Below, piece by piece: positions 36,001 to 48,819 of a stretch of DNA of 64,000 bases. Under the pieces are notes generated by a model. That model ran no database searches. It saw nothing but the letters and a program-made list of their open reading frames with translations, and had not been told where the DNA came from. A program made the position numbers and the translations under genes. Every line of letters begins with the position of its first letter. The stretch's first letter is position 1. The DNA is taken from the NCBI RefSeq assembly GCF_000143415.4, contig NW_003314306.1:1058815-1122814 (forward strand), in the 5' to 3' direction. This DNA comes from Selaginella moellendorffii (taxonomy: Eukaryota > Plantae > Lycopodiophyta).

Positions 36001-37366
36001 TATTCCAACGGGAGAACACTGTGCTTCAAGTGAGAGCTCCCGTAAAGATTTTTGGCGATCTTCATGGGCAGTTTGGAGATCTTATGAGGTTATTTGATGA
36101 GTACGGGTCTCCTTCAACAGCAGGGGATATAACGTGGGTGTTTTTTCTAGGCCCCTGCTTCGTACGATCTTCTAATTTACTTCTACTTCTTTACAGGTAT
36201 ATTGACTACCTTTTTTTGGGTGACTACGTTGATCGTGGTCAACATAGTCTCGAGACAATTTCGCTGCTTCTGGCGTTGAAGGTGTGCCATTCAATGAAGT
36301 AATCTCTTGGTTCCTTGTTTATAGTTTTCTCCGAACAGATTGACTACCCTCGGAATGTACATCTTATTCGTGGGAATCATGAGGCTGCTGACATCAATGC
36401 GTTGTTTGGGTTTCGCATTGAGTGCATCGAGCGCATGGTTTGTAGTCACCATGTCTTTTTTTTTTCGTTATTGATATAGACATCTTCGGCAGGGTGAGCG
36501 CGAGGGAATATGGACGTGGCAAAGAATCAACCAACTCTTCAACTGGTTACCTCTAGCGGCACTGATAGAGGACAAGATCATCTGCATGCACGGTGGTATT
36601 GGGAGGTCCATAAATCACGTGGAGCAAATCGAGAACCTACAGCGGCCCATTTCCATGGATTCAGGATCCGTTATACTGATGGATTTGTTATGGTAGACCT
36701 CGATTTGTTCTTTTACTTTACTGTTTCTAACACTTCCGAGCAGGTCTGATCCGACCGAGAATGACAGTGTAGAAGGTCTCCGGCCAAATGCAAGGGGGCC
36801 GGGCCTAGTAACATTCGGAGTAAGTCTTCTGTCAGCTACTTCCTGTCCGAGTGGTCTGTAACTTCCTCTCCTTGCTCAGCCTGACAGGGTGATGGAATTC
36901 TGCAAGAACAACAACTTACAACTAATCGTGCGGGCACACGAGTGCGTGATGGACGGGTTTGAGCGATTTGCACAGGGGCACTTGATCACTCTATTCTCTG
37001 CCACGAACTACTGCGGTGAGCAGACATAGTAGAAGCTCGTTTATCAATGACATAACGCTCTCTTTCGATGGCTCCAGGCACAGCAAATAACGCTGGGGCG
37101 ATTTTGGTTCTTGGCAGAGACCTGGTTGTTGTGCCAAAGCTGATCCATCCTCTTCCTCCCGCCGTCACGTCCCCCGAGTCGTCCCCGGAGCATCAACTCG
37201 AAGATACATGGATGCACGTAAGCCTCGAGAGTGATTTGGCATTTTCGTTTTGTTCTAAACCTCTTCTCGATCCATCCAGGAACTTAACGTCCAAAGGCCT
37301 CCAACGCCGACGAGGGGCCGGCCTCACCCCGCCGGAAACGAGCGTTCAGTGGCAGCGTGGATTTGA
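33100..37366 (+). CDS. BSL: BSU1-like Kelch-repeat Ser/Thr protein phosphatase (BSL2/3-like)
   Basis: GPGPRCGHTLT, PSPRAAH and GPRYGHVM Kelch repeats; RQLSIDQFENE; PPP motifs GDLHGQ, GDYVDRG, RGNHE, HGG and RAHE; ends AAWI*; ~21 exons. Confidence 0.95.
33844..33943. other. Assembly gap (100 N) inside a BSL intron
   Basis: The flanking exons join as VVIQ|GGIGPAG, so no coding sequence appears to be lost. Confidence 0.95.
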
Positions 37367-37521
37367 TGTGATTGTGGAAATGGGAGCGCCTCTCTTCCCT
37401 GAGGTAGTGTTTTTCGTAAAAAGAGATTAAAAAGGAAAAACAAAAAAGAGCATTCATTCTTTAGAGACAGGCAGTAGTGTACATTAAGACAGCAGCAGCA
37501 GCAGTCGTGTAAATTGGAAAA

Positions 37522-37666
37522 AGAAGAAAAACAAGGAAAAAATAAGAGAGGATTGTAACCGAGGATTATAGTGACTTTTAAAAGGAATCATTGCAGAAAA
37601 ACAAGGAAAAAATAAGAGAGGATTGTAACTGAGGATTATAGTGGCTTTTAAAAGGAATCATTGCAG
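37522..37666 (+). repeat. ~70-bp tandem duplication downstream of BSL
   Basis: AGAAAAACAAGGAAAAAATAAGAGAGGATTGTAAC.GAGGATTATAGTG.CTTTTAAAAGGAATCATTGCAG occurs twice. Confidence 0.9.
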
Positions 37667-38299
37667 CTAACCACGTGAACTCCAGAGGTGATGAAAATCT
37701 CCACGTTGTAGATTGAACTCGGCATTGTTCTCTGAGCTAGGCTTTCATCACGCTGTGCGAGAACTCTCTCTCTCTCTCTCTCTCTCGGGAGAGGAGGGAG
37801 GGAGGGAGCGAGAGAGAGAGACAGGGAGAGGCCACGACTGTGCAAAAGAGTTCGGAACTTTTGTCTTGCGAGCCGAGTCGCGATCGAGTGGCGCCAGCGC
37901 TAGCGATCAATCCGTCGCATACCTATGGAGAAGAACAAAACAGAAAGGGATACTACACAGTGGGGTGATTGACTGCAACGAAATGCCATTGATCTTCTTA
38001 CTTAGAAATATTATATACCACCTGGTTGTCCCTGAGCTCCCGTAGGTTTTCTGCGTCATTTGCTACAATCAGATTGAAAAGACTCTTGAAACCGGTACAT
38101 GCCAGCTACCTTGCCGTTTCCCCTGTCCAACGCCAGTCTCGTTGTTAAGTCTTCACTATAATAGTTGACGAACTTCCATGTCATCAGGTGGTATACGTTG
38201 GATGCCCCTCTATTCTTTCCGTGCCTGAAAGTACAAGTTCATCGAGAGTCCATCGCAGCCGTTGAACGAGGAGGGCATCCGACCGTCCAATCATTTTAA

Positions 38300-39100
38300 A
38301 CCATGTCAGCGGTGGTGCATTTTCAACGCGAATGTTCCGTAAGCTCTGCTGCGTCGCCCAGAAAGAAGCTCGCATCGGCAGGTGCCTGGATGCGTATCGG
38401 GGCATTTCAATCCCAGGATCAACGACTCGGAGCTCTACTATCTGGTGGCCTTGCTCTACCTCGCGCGCTTCTTCGGCCACGACAACAACCCTGTGCGGGA
38501 GTTCCTCAAGCGAGACGATTGCTTGGTGACGGGAGCGGAGCTGCTGGATCTCGTCGCCGCTGCGACTCCTCTGGAATCGTGCTCCAGCGCCATGCATAAG
38601 GAGATGCGAGAAATGATCGACAAGGTCTTTGAATCCAAGTTCTTCTCTCACGTACCTGAGCGCCACATTGCTGAGGCAAGAGGAAACATTTGTTCCTCAA
38701 GCTTGTCTGAGATCTCTCGATAAATGGCTTACAGAACGACTGCAGCCCCGTTCTCAAGTATCTGCGAGAGCAACTAAAAAATCTGGATGGCGAGGATGCC
38801 GAGCAAGCTAGCAAGGGAGAAAAATATCTGGCGCAGGAGCATTTGCAGGAGCTGGAAAGAACAATCCTTACTATCTACAAGTATACTTACTTGGGTACGG
38901 TTCTTCGTGATTTTGGTGTGGCTTCCACATACTTCTGCTTACATTGGTTCTTGCTTGAAGGGCCGTATAGATGGGATCCAGAAACGTCTGTCTGGGGCAT
39001 CGACGAAGACTTCTTCGATCGACCAAGTGATGACGAGTGGGACAGGCTGTCAGATACAACTCGCACAAAGAGGTAAAAGTTTCTGATGAGGTCTGTTGAT
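38300..39100 (+). pseudogene. Frameshifted unknown coding sequence
   Basis: Coding-like GC-rich stretches in different frames (ELYYLVALLYLARFFGHD...; LERTILTIYKYTYLGTVLRDFG...); no recognised family. Confidence 0.4.
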
Positions 39101-39239
39101 TCTCACGAGAACAACTTCCAGGTTTTACTCGAGTGCGTTGAGCACGCACGTCTTTGGCTTCTCAATGCTGGCCTTCCAGTCTACTACAACTTCCCTCTGC
39201 ACTGTCTGTATTGAATAACTTTGGTTTATTGGTTAGAGC

Positions 39240-42200
39240 TTAGTGTTTCTATAATTACCAGACTCTGAGATCCAACTGAATTGGACAATCCACAAGCTGC
39301 ACCTAGTCACTAGATGGGAAAGCACTAGAGTTGGGCTGGAGTCTAGAGAACTGGTTCAATTGGTCATGGAATGCATTGGAGCAAGTCACCAGGAGAAACC
39401 TAGAGTTGAAGTGCCTAAATATGCTCCAACAAGTGTGCCAGGAGTGGGTGTCCTAAGAAAAAGGAACACTTTGTTGTAAATTGCTAGGTGAAATTCCTCC
39501 CAGTTGAGAAGTAACAACTAGAATTAAAGATGCCACTGCAAATGCCCGTGGGAAGGGCAAGTGCCCCACTATAAGTGGAGATGGTGTAGTAATTGCCTGA
39601 TCAAGCTCAATAGCAGTTGGGATCTTTTTCTTCCTGCCACAAGTCATAGCTGCAATAGTCTCCTCCATTACAGATTCCACTCATGCAAAAGCCTTGCCAC
39701 GATCTTGTAGTGGTGGAGCTTCAATGACTTTTTGTTGCAACACTGCTTAGTAACCATCTACCTGGAGGCTTAAGTTGTCTACAAGGGGCTGCATCATAGC
39801 TTTCTATTGCTTCTTGAGACGCTGCTCTGGGTGTAACTTAAGAAATTCATGGAGGCAGACCCTTTATTGACTTCCTTGCAAAACTACAAAGATGTTACCA
39901 TAATAAAAGCGAGCAATGATCATCATTGTGAGTCCGGGAATTGTAGTGTGAGCATTAACAAGATGGCTTGCGAGAAGAGGCTTGGACCCTGAATGCACAG
40001 AGTTCCTCAAGAAGTTGCTCTTGCTTCTATTGCTGGAGTATGAAGTTTTTTTGTTGTTGCAATAACAGAGTGTTGTATTGTTGAAGCTCTAAGGCAGCCA
40101 AGCTGACAATGCGAATAGAAGAGTTTGTAGCTAGTGATAGTGTTGAAGTAGGGGTAGGTGTACACTGCTATAGTAGGAGCAGCCCAAGCATCTCTACCAC
40201 ACTGGAAATGCCTAACTAGGAATTGACCCATCCCACCATGGTTGCCATTTTGGTGTGGGGCTAGCACACCTTTTGCTCTCAAATGCACTTAAAACATGGT
40301 AAGAAACTCCACTATAGTTGAAAACTTAATACAGCATGCTCTCATTGTCGTGCCCTAAACTCACATGGAATATCCTCTCTCAAAATATTCTCTAAAGGGA
40401 ATATTTAGAGAATCTCCATGCTCTAAGATGCTTTACAACACATATCTTTCTTTTTCAAAAATAACCCTAGAGCCCAATATGGCAAGCAACTTAATATACC
40501 CTTTATCAGAGTTAGCATGTAAGTTCTTCACATTTAACCAATAGGGGGGACAAATCATTGCTATCATATATGTAAAGGGTAATCCCACTAGTAATTCCTC
40601 TAGCATGATATCTCAAAATTAATTTAACACTTGCTAAATCATTAAAAACACTTCCTCTATTCTTGTTTTTTTGTCACTCTTCATGAAGAGTAGGCACAAA
40701 AATATTACTTTGGTTCATTTAATGAGTTATCCTCTCGTTGACACCATGTTTAAGTAAAAGTCTTTAGGATCTTACGCCTTCACCCTAGATTGTTCTCCTT
40801 AGGCATTTACCAATACTACTAGATTTCCATTTTATCCATGCAAGTCTACTATAAACTAATTGAACTAATCCATCCCAAAAATCATATTAAATCCTACTAT
40901 ATCCAAAATGGTGAAATTAATGTTCACTTTCCATGTCCCTATTTTGACTTTTGTTTGTGAAAGTACTTTATCAGTGCTCTGAATACCTTAAACAAACTCT
41001 ATAATCCTTAATTCTCCTAACCATTACACCATTAGTCCAATTTGCCAAACTATGTTTATAATTACAAAATTGTACAAAACATGGTTTAAACTTCACTCGA
41101 CTTAATGCTCATATTGACTTGGCCTTTTTCGGGTAAAGACATTCTCTCTAGAAGTGTCCAGCCTCGCCATAATTGAAATATATATTATTCTCCATGCTAC
41201 TAACAACTTAGTCTTTTTCTTGGTAGGTTTGTTATTTTTGGCCTAACTCTCCTATGTGCTCCTACTTTTTCAAAACCCCAATGACTCATTATAGAGAAAC
41301 TTCTTTTGAATTTCCTTTTTTCATACATCCCTCTTGGTTTGGCTCTCTTGATAAATATGGATCTAGACTAAAATATGTTTCCTTTTCATAGAATATTATT
41401 AAAATACATCTTGATAGATATATCTAATACTTCCTTATAATTGGTCAAGTTCAAGCATATCACCTTGACCCGAGCCCAAGTCTGCAATCCCAAGATAAAG
41501 GCATAGAATGCATCTATGTCCCCTATATCTATAATAATGATCCTTTTAACCATATATGCATTTACATACTCTTGAATGGTCTTAATTTACTTAAGCCTAC
41601 TTAGTTTATTCTTTAGATGTAGAATAGCATTTGGGGGTACATAAATTGCTTTAATCCTTGCCTTCATCGCTTTCCAAGTAACCACTGGACCTTTGTTAAT
41701 CTCTATGGTTTTCCATTAAGACTTGGCATTAACCGTTAGGTATAATTTTGCATATGGGACCTTTTTCAAGCTTGGTAACTGAAACACTCAAAAGTAATCT
41801 TCTATATCATAGAATCAGTCCTCCACTACTTTATAATCATTCATTCCTTTAAAAATCGGTGAAGGCTTTGGTTTATACTTTAGAATTGCTTATGAGACGG
41901 ACTTCAACTTGGTTTGCTCAACCTTTTCTAGTTCTGTCTCAATACCTTTTGCACTATTTGCATTCATAGTCTTTTACTTTTTCCTTTATTTCTTATTACA
42001 CATTAACTTATGGATGAGGATCTTTAATAGAGCATTTTTTTGAGCCACTTGTCCTTCTAAAGCATCTAATTAATTAAGCCTTGGATAATGGAACCTCACC
42101 ACTATAATCACATTTAGAAGTCTATTTATGGGAACCTTTTTCATGTAGAGATTCTTCATCCTCTACTTCTTATTCAATCAGAGGTTCTATCTTCACATAC

Positions 42201-43120
42201 GGTTTTATATCTACCTTTGTTCATTTATACTCTGGCTTTGTTATCTCTCCAAATTATAAATTATAAATTTTCCTTTTCCAATTTGTCAATTTACTTCATC
42301 TATCTAACCTTGGCTTCAATTAAGTTCCCTTACTAAGGTTCATGCCTATTGTACTAACTTCTATTTGGTCCTACTTAGGTTTAGCTACTTCTTGCATAAA
42401 CAACAAGTTAACCAACTCTTCATAAATTCCCAAACTCTCTTAATTCCCTCTCTCAAGATTAGACTATACTTAAGGTTTTACACTCTCTATAAGCACAAGC
42501 AACCCAACACACCAAGCCTTAAAATTTCTAATATCCTATAATATAACAAAACTTATTCATAAGACCCTTTAATTCCTAAACTTTGAGTGCATCTCTTAGT
42601 TCAAGACCAAGGGAAAACACTATAGCTTACGACCTGATATAGGTACCTTGACTCTTCACTTCCGTCCCAAATGGAAGGCTTAAACCTCTATGAAGGGGCT
42701 AAGACCAATAAACCTTATAATATTCAAAGAGGGCAACACTCCACTTAAGCAAGAAGTATTGTAGTTAATTTCCTTTTTGCGATCCTTTGCAAGAGTCTTC
42801 GTTTCCAGCATACCTGAGCACTTAGTTTGCCGGAAACTAGAAGCCCACTTGAGAGGGAGGCCCTCCTACCGAGAGACAAGGAGCCTGGAGGCGAAAAACA
42901 TGAATCGTCACAGCTTCATTTCTTCTTACCTGAGCATAAGAGCTATTTTCTTGAGGAACTTTTTTGGCACTCCTCAAGTGTATGCTCACTTTCACATAAG
43001 GCTATTAACTTTCAATCCTAACCCCAAACTCAATTTGGAAGCACCACTAGAGATTGAGTCTTTAGCTTCACTATTCATGCTATATTTTGGAGCCTTTTAT
43101 TTTTGGAATTGAATATGTCA
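39240..43120 (-). mobile_element. Degenerate Ty3/gypsy LTR retrotransposon relic(s)
   Basis: Minus-strand remnants: gag-like KPKPSPIFKGMNDYKVVED*FYDIEDYF (~41790-41880), protease GTWKVNINFTILDIVGFNMIFGMD (~40865-40960) and an RT-start-like segment (~40440-40570). Strongly CpG-depleted; boundaries approximate. Confidence 0.75.
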
Positions 43121-43284
43121 AAGTAAATAAAGTTGGGTATGTTGTGGCAAGCACTTTAACAAGATTTCATAAGATTTATACATACACTTGCTTTAGCCAC
43201 CCTCAACGATGCTTTTCGACTAACACAACATTATAAAACATCACACATGTACTTCAAATCCACATTGAGTTTTCAATGTGTTCT

Positions 43285-43738
43285 CATGACTATTGGTATA
43301 CAAGCTGCTCACCACTATGGATCCATCATTGTTGTAGCTCCCCACAAATTCTCCAATGCTATCGAAGCTTAGCTCATTCATAGTGGCAGTGTGAGCAGCA
43401 AATTCCTTCACCTGGATGAAAAAAGTTCCCATTCCATTCCACTCCATCCAAAAAAACTGATGAGACACTCGGTTTCCCTGGTAATCCAATAAATGCACCT
43501 TGCTGCCATGTGTCCCCAGCACAATCATCCACTCAGCAATGATGATGCAAGAGGCTGTGTCGCTGGAGAGAAGAGAGCCCTGTGAAGGAAGTGAAGGAAG
43601 TGGAGGGTAGTGCTGGTATTTCAGATGCAGCTCCTCCTTGTCATCAATTGCCTCTTGTGCTGCAACGGCATCATCATCATTGCATTCATCATTGTCATTG
43701 GGGTGCCCGAGCTCCTCCTCTTTGTCCTCCATTGCCAA
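43285..43738 (-). pseudogene. VPS41: VPS41 N-terminal fragment
   Basis: Acidic N-terminus, LKYQ..., SDTASCIIIAEWMIVLGTHGSKVHLLDYQGN|QVKEFAAHTATMNELSFDSIGEFVGS; stops after exon 2. Confidence 0.85.
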
Positions 43739-44637
43739 TCCCTAAGATATTCCTGCCAATCGATCGCTCTTAAGAAAGAGAACACTCCCCTAAGGAAAAT
43801 GAGATGAAGTCAATTTATAGGTGAATCAGAAGGTTATTTCCTTAACCATCCTTAGAGAATAATTGCTTTGATGTCCGCACCTGCCAAAAGAAGGGAGAAA
43901 GAAGCACAAGTTAGAATTTGTGGAACCTGGTTTCCTATGCATCTCCTCTTTTCTCATTTTGAGGGAGCGGAGATGTTCTTGACAATCCAAACAAAAGAGG
44001 TAAAGTCCTTTTCTATTGGGATCTCTTTTGGTTGTGGTTGTTAATCCTTTGTGGTCTTCCACAGAAGTTCTTATGTTCACAAACAGACCAAAAAGATTGA
44101 AAGTTTGAGTCTACAAAACTGGATGTGTTCATAACCGTCTGGAGAGAAAAGAAAACAAATAAAAGCATTGTTCAGCAGGGCCTGGGTCAAAGCTTTTTAA
44201 TGTTCTTCCTGTTTTTGAGAACTAGCATACTTAGGTGAGATTGAAGGCAAGAGGAAAAACGAATTCGTGCAGAAAATTAACATTAAACCATTATTATAAC
44301 GGATTAAAGAAACAAAGCAAAAATCTTGGTAAACCTAAGAAACCTAACAAAATAATAAATCGAACTTAACATTTATAGATTTTTGCAGCTTGATTAACTG
44401 TATCCTCCTTTCCCAAATTGTAGAGGACGATTAGCGTGATATATCCTCATCAGCCGTTATACTTCAGTCAATTTAAGTTTTTATATTTTGATTTATTTGA
44501 ATATTGTATCAATTGCTAAATCAATTAATTGACTAGTAAATATGCAACATCTTTGCTCAAATATCTTTGTTTCTTCAACTGTTATTAATTTATCTATTTA
44601 ATGATAATAAATATTAAACATCAGTTTTAGTATATAA

Positions 44638-45727
44638 CTAGCACTTGCCCAGCATATGTTGCCCAGTTAGCAAAATATTGTTTTGATTGTTATAATTTTG
44701 TTATATTAAAAACTAAAATTGGAATAGTATAAAAAAAATATTATATTCCACTTTGAAAGAAGAATTAAGGGAATTATGCCTAGCAAATGTTAGATGAACA
44801 TAAAAATCAATTCTTATTGAGGTGGTTGTGATTATTGTTGATGAACTCCATCGGGAGATATCTCGAGTCTCCATCCTCAATGGAAATGGTTCCATCAATT
44901 TGATTGGTAAGGCCAAAGTTGCCAATCTTGTAGATGTGATTCCGGATGTAGATGTTGTCAGGTTTCACATCTAGGTGAGTGAGGATGCGAGTGTAAGTGC
45001 TTCAAAGCGTTTAAGAGCTGCCATGCATGATAAACTAAGAAAAGAACACAATTGAGCTGCTTATTTGAAACATTGCCTCAATCAGCTTCTTCTCTGTGAA
45101 TGTCTATACAAGGCTATCGTCTCATAAATTCATCTCGCACAGCTCCATTTGGATATACAAAAAGTCATTTTTGAACCATGAGGAGAAGTAGCACACTACG
45201 TTTTCATGGTAACCTGGAAGCTGGATAATTTTTGAGGAAGCTAATGGTAATACTGAAAGAAAAAAGCCAACTCACCAAGACACAAAAGTGCCTGAACTTC
45301 TCTCAGTGCTTTCTTTTTGCAAAGAGAAAAAATTGCCAAATCAATACCATAGTCTCTTGAATATTGTGATGAACTGATCTCCCTCATCTATCCGATTGGA
45401 ATGCTTTTGAGAACTTTATAAATATAGCTAAAATCAACTTGCCCTATTTCCTGACAGTTATGAAAGAAAAATGAAAAATAACAATATACCCTGCCTAGCT
45501 CTCTTGGGAAATACATCAGTGTTAAAAAAAAGGGTTCCAGAAGTGCCATGTGCTGTAGTGCCTTCTATTCGCACCCCATGCAGCTTGGCTGCCTCCCATT
45601 GGCTGAGAGCAACCATCAAACACGTGGTTAAAGAAATAACCCTTTTACAGTTACCCTCATCGGACGGCTGTGATTGGCTGGATCCAGCGGCCCAGAAAGT
45701 TTGGCAACTCCTCCTTATTGTGATAGA
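44638..45727 (-). mobile_element. Non-autonomous Helitron (~1.1 kb) carrying WEE1 fragments
   Basis: On the minus strand A|TCTATCA... ...GCTGGGCAAGTGCTAG|T, with no TSD. The empty site TAGTATATA|TTATTAAAATAA is seen in the homologous spacer at ~59015-59040. The 5' ~190 bp is homologous to 48820-49015. Confidence 0.85.
44810..45445 (-). pseudogene. WEE1: Captured WEE1 kinase fragment
   Basis: GYHENVVCYFSSWFKNDFLYIQMELCE and THLDVKPDNIYIRNHIYKIGNFGL...EDGDSRYLPME; introns retained; stops present. Confidence 0.85.
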
Positions 45728-45754
45728 TTATTAAAATAATGAACATATTACATG

Positions 45755-47452
45755 TTTGATAACAAAATCACCACCCTTCAACAGCACCCTATGCACAAGA
45801 GGCTCATAACAAAGGCCCCTCCCAAGAGCAGCTGAATGTTTCTTTCAGAAATTCCGCAAGCATATACTGATTCCCAAGCTCTATCATCAAGAATGCAGTC
45901 GCTGACTTTTTTCACATACCCTCCTGACAAAACCGTAGCCGCTTTGGATGCACTTGATCCAAACCAACCGCAGCTTTGGCCCTGGCCTTCCCCTCATCCA
46001 GCTTTGTTGCACGCAGTACATACCTAGGAACTCCACCCAAATAATCTAAGTTGTCAAGTGCTTTCTCTCTGTCCACCACATTCATGCTCCCGTAACTAGC
46101 TCGGTAAGGCTCAAAGTCGTCAAGGAATTTCCCAATCTCCTCCCTGGACCACACCGACATATAAAGCATGCAACAAAGCCCCCCCTTGCCAAACTCATCA
46201 TAGTTTTTCTCCCTAGATAAGGAAACCAAAAGAACTCGACAGCTGCCAGGTAAAGGCGTCTTCTGCTTCCTATCTATCACTAGCCACATTGACGGATCGT
46301 CCAGCATTTTGCATATAATTGTGTCATTCACGTGATAAGCACCTTCAGCACACCGCCTTCGAAAATTCAGGACGTAAACAACCTTGCCAACCTTGTATAA
46401 CACCTTTTCATGCCCCATTTGGCCCAGCCTAATCATCCAGTGATAGCCAAAGAACGTTTTCCCTATCCCTCCAGTACCTACGACGATGAAAGAAGTGAAG
46501 TTGTCAAGCCGGTCCTGGATTTGGGACTCTAGACTCGCATATGCCTCTCGTTTCCATAGCAGGAAAGGTTGGCCATAATCTCCCAGTGCATCGCTATCTA
46601 GAATCCAGAATTTAGAATCTGGAGTATCAGTAGCCCTTACAAGGGCCGCCACACCAGCTGGTACACCTGAAGCAAGATATAAATGCACGGATCAGAAAAG
46701 AACTGCTACATGCAGGCAAATACCGCTCTGTGAGGAGAACTGAGCAAACTCTAGTGTGAGGCAGGAAAACTTCAAACGACTGCAAAACAGTCATCCCAGA
46801 CAGAAGAGCTCTAAGCCGAAGAAGACACAGACAGTATTAATAGAACGCAAGGGGAGCAGATGGCCATGAATTCAATTACAACCACAAGCCAGACACAAGC
46901 ACCCAAGACCAAATCCAACAGCGACACCATCAGAAGCAAGACCTTGCGCCCGATTTCATGGCACACCAGGAATACCAAGAACTGGACAAAAAATGGGACT
47001 TTCCACATCACAGATCAAAGAGAAAAACAAGGAGGATATGCTAGGAAACCCAAAATAAAAGCGAAATTGAGCTACCTCTAGCCGAAAGATATCCACGACA
47101 CACAGCAAAACGCCCCAAATTGACACAAAGAATGACTTACCATTACTTCTGAGGAGGAGGAGGTTTCCTCCCGCAGCTGTTCTTCCTTCTTCTGCAGCTG
47201 TTCTTCCTTCTTCCGCAGCTGCCCTTCCTCCTTCCGCAGCTGCTCTTCCTCCTTCCGCCAATATTTCGCCAGAGATTGATTGCCACTCTGAAGGGCAGAG
47301 AGAAAAGATTCCCCAGCCGCTTGGATCTGCGGCTCAAGAAGCCCGATTTGAGCTTCCACCTCGTCCATTTTGCTAGCTGAAACCCTATCTTGAAACCTTC
47401 TTATAGGGAGGCAGTGGCGCCCTAGAATCGTCAGGGACTGCACCATCTTCAT
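45755..47452 (-). pseudogene. Crinkler/CR-type gene copy 1 (coiled-coil header + P-loop NTPase; nuclease lost)
   Basis: Exon 1 at 47141-47452 has a 1-nt frameshift. Exon 2 from 46666 has IVVGTGGIGKT, LVIDRK and GGVPRY, is frameshifted after ~45970 and is truncated at 45755. Confidence 0.85.
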
Positions 47453-47562
47453 CGGTGTTTTAGACCACTAACTCAATTATAAACACAAGAGACAACTCAG
47501 CCACACTTTTGTTTGTTTAAGCGGCTTCTACAAACTTATCTATTGCTTGCTCCTTGGTGGAG

Positions 47563-48205
47563 TATGCTAGGGCAGAATGGAGGTGGAGCAGTGGTGGTGG
47601 CGGCATTTGATCGGGCTACCTTGGAGAGCTTGGTGCGCAGGATCTTGGCCATGGTAAGCAGCAGCAACACAATGTGGGCATTCACCTTGGATTCGCTCAC
47701 GTCTGGGGCGTCGACGAGTGTGCTGGGGAGAGCTGGGACGGTGCCGTTCACGTTGGCGAGAAACGAGCGTAGCATCAAGGCATTCCGGGGTTGTGTGGAC
47801 AAGCTATTACTGGGATATGCTCAGGAAGATCACGCTGCTGCTGCTCCTCGCCATGGCTGGGCATTCCACATCAGCCGAAGTATGACTGATGTTGCATGGG
47901 AGAATTTTGAGGACAGAGAGACGTATTAGAAATGGCTTTTCAAGGAACCTGACGAACGATTTGAGGTTTTTCTCGAGTACGTGGAGAAAGAGGAAGAAAA
48001 GGTGCGTGTTTTTTTTGTTCCCTTTGCAGAGCGGTAACCGTGACATATATATAGTATTTCAAATTGGTGTTAACACAATCTTAAAGCTTCAGAAATAGTT
48101 TCTCGTAAAGAACCGACGAACGAAACAAGAAATTTACGGCACGATCATACCTTGCAAGTTGCCAAGACTTGTAGCAGCAAAGACTGCACTAAAAACGTCT
48201 GCTGA
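47563..48205 (+). pseudogene. Partner gene copy 1 (premature TAG)
   Basis: Homologous to 57809-58454; TAT-TAG at 47927-47929 where copy 3 has TAT-TAC; acceptor mutated. Confidence 0.75.
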
Positions 48206-48819
48206 ATCCAGGGAAGCATGTACAAAGCAAAAAGTCATTCATTCACTCTTAGTTTACTTCTCATTAACTAGACTTCAATCACTTTAATTATGTGCTTTAA
48301 AGCTTATCAAAATAATGCTATACTTTGTTTGCCATTTTACTAATCTAATACAAAAGTTGCATTAGGCTGATGGCAAAGCCTTCCACCAAACTCATTTTTT
48401 CTAAGGCTGAGAATTATAAATTTACAAATTCCTAAATCAATTGCTTTTCCAATTTACTAAGTGGATATGTGTGAAGCTTCTTTTATCAAGAAAATATTGT
48501 TAAGGCACATAATTCCGGAACACTGTTATATGTAAGGCAAATAGAGCCCACCACAAGGAAGAAGGCAGGTGCTGTGCTATTCTCATGATTGCGCTGGACA
48601 GGATGATGACTGTGGTATTTAAATTATCCTCATCAGCAGTTATACTTTACTCAATTTAAGTTGTTACACTTGGATTCCTTTGAATATTTTATCAACTGCT
48701 AAATCATATAAATCTTTGCTCAAATATCTCAAATGTTATCAATTTATCTATTATTAATATCAAACATCAGTTTTAAAAAAAACTTAAATGATTAGTATAT
48801 ATTATTAAAATAACAAACA

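Noticed and set aside
47160-47260. 21-bp periodic repeats resembling a CRISPR-like array
   Set aside because: No unique spacers; they encode the heptad LRKEEEQ coiled coil of the CR header.
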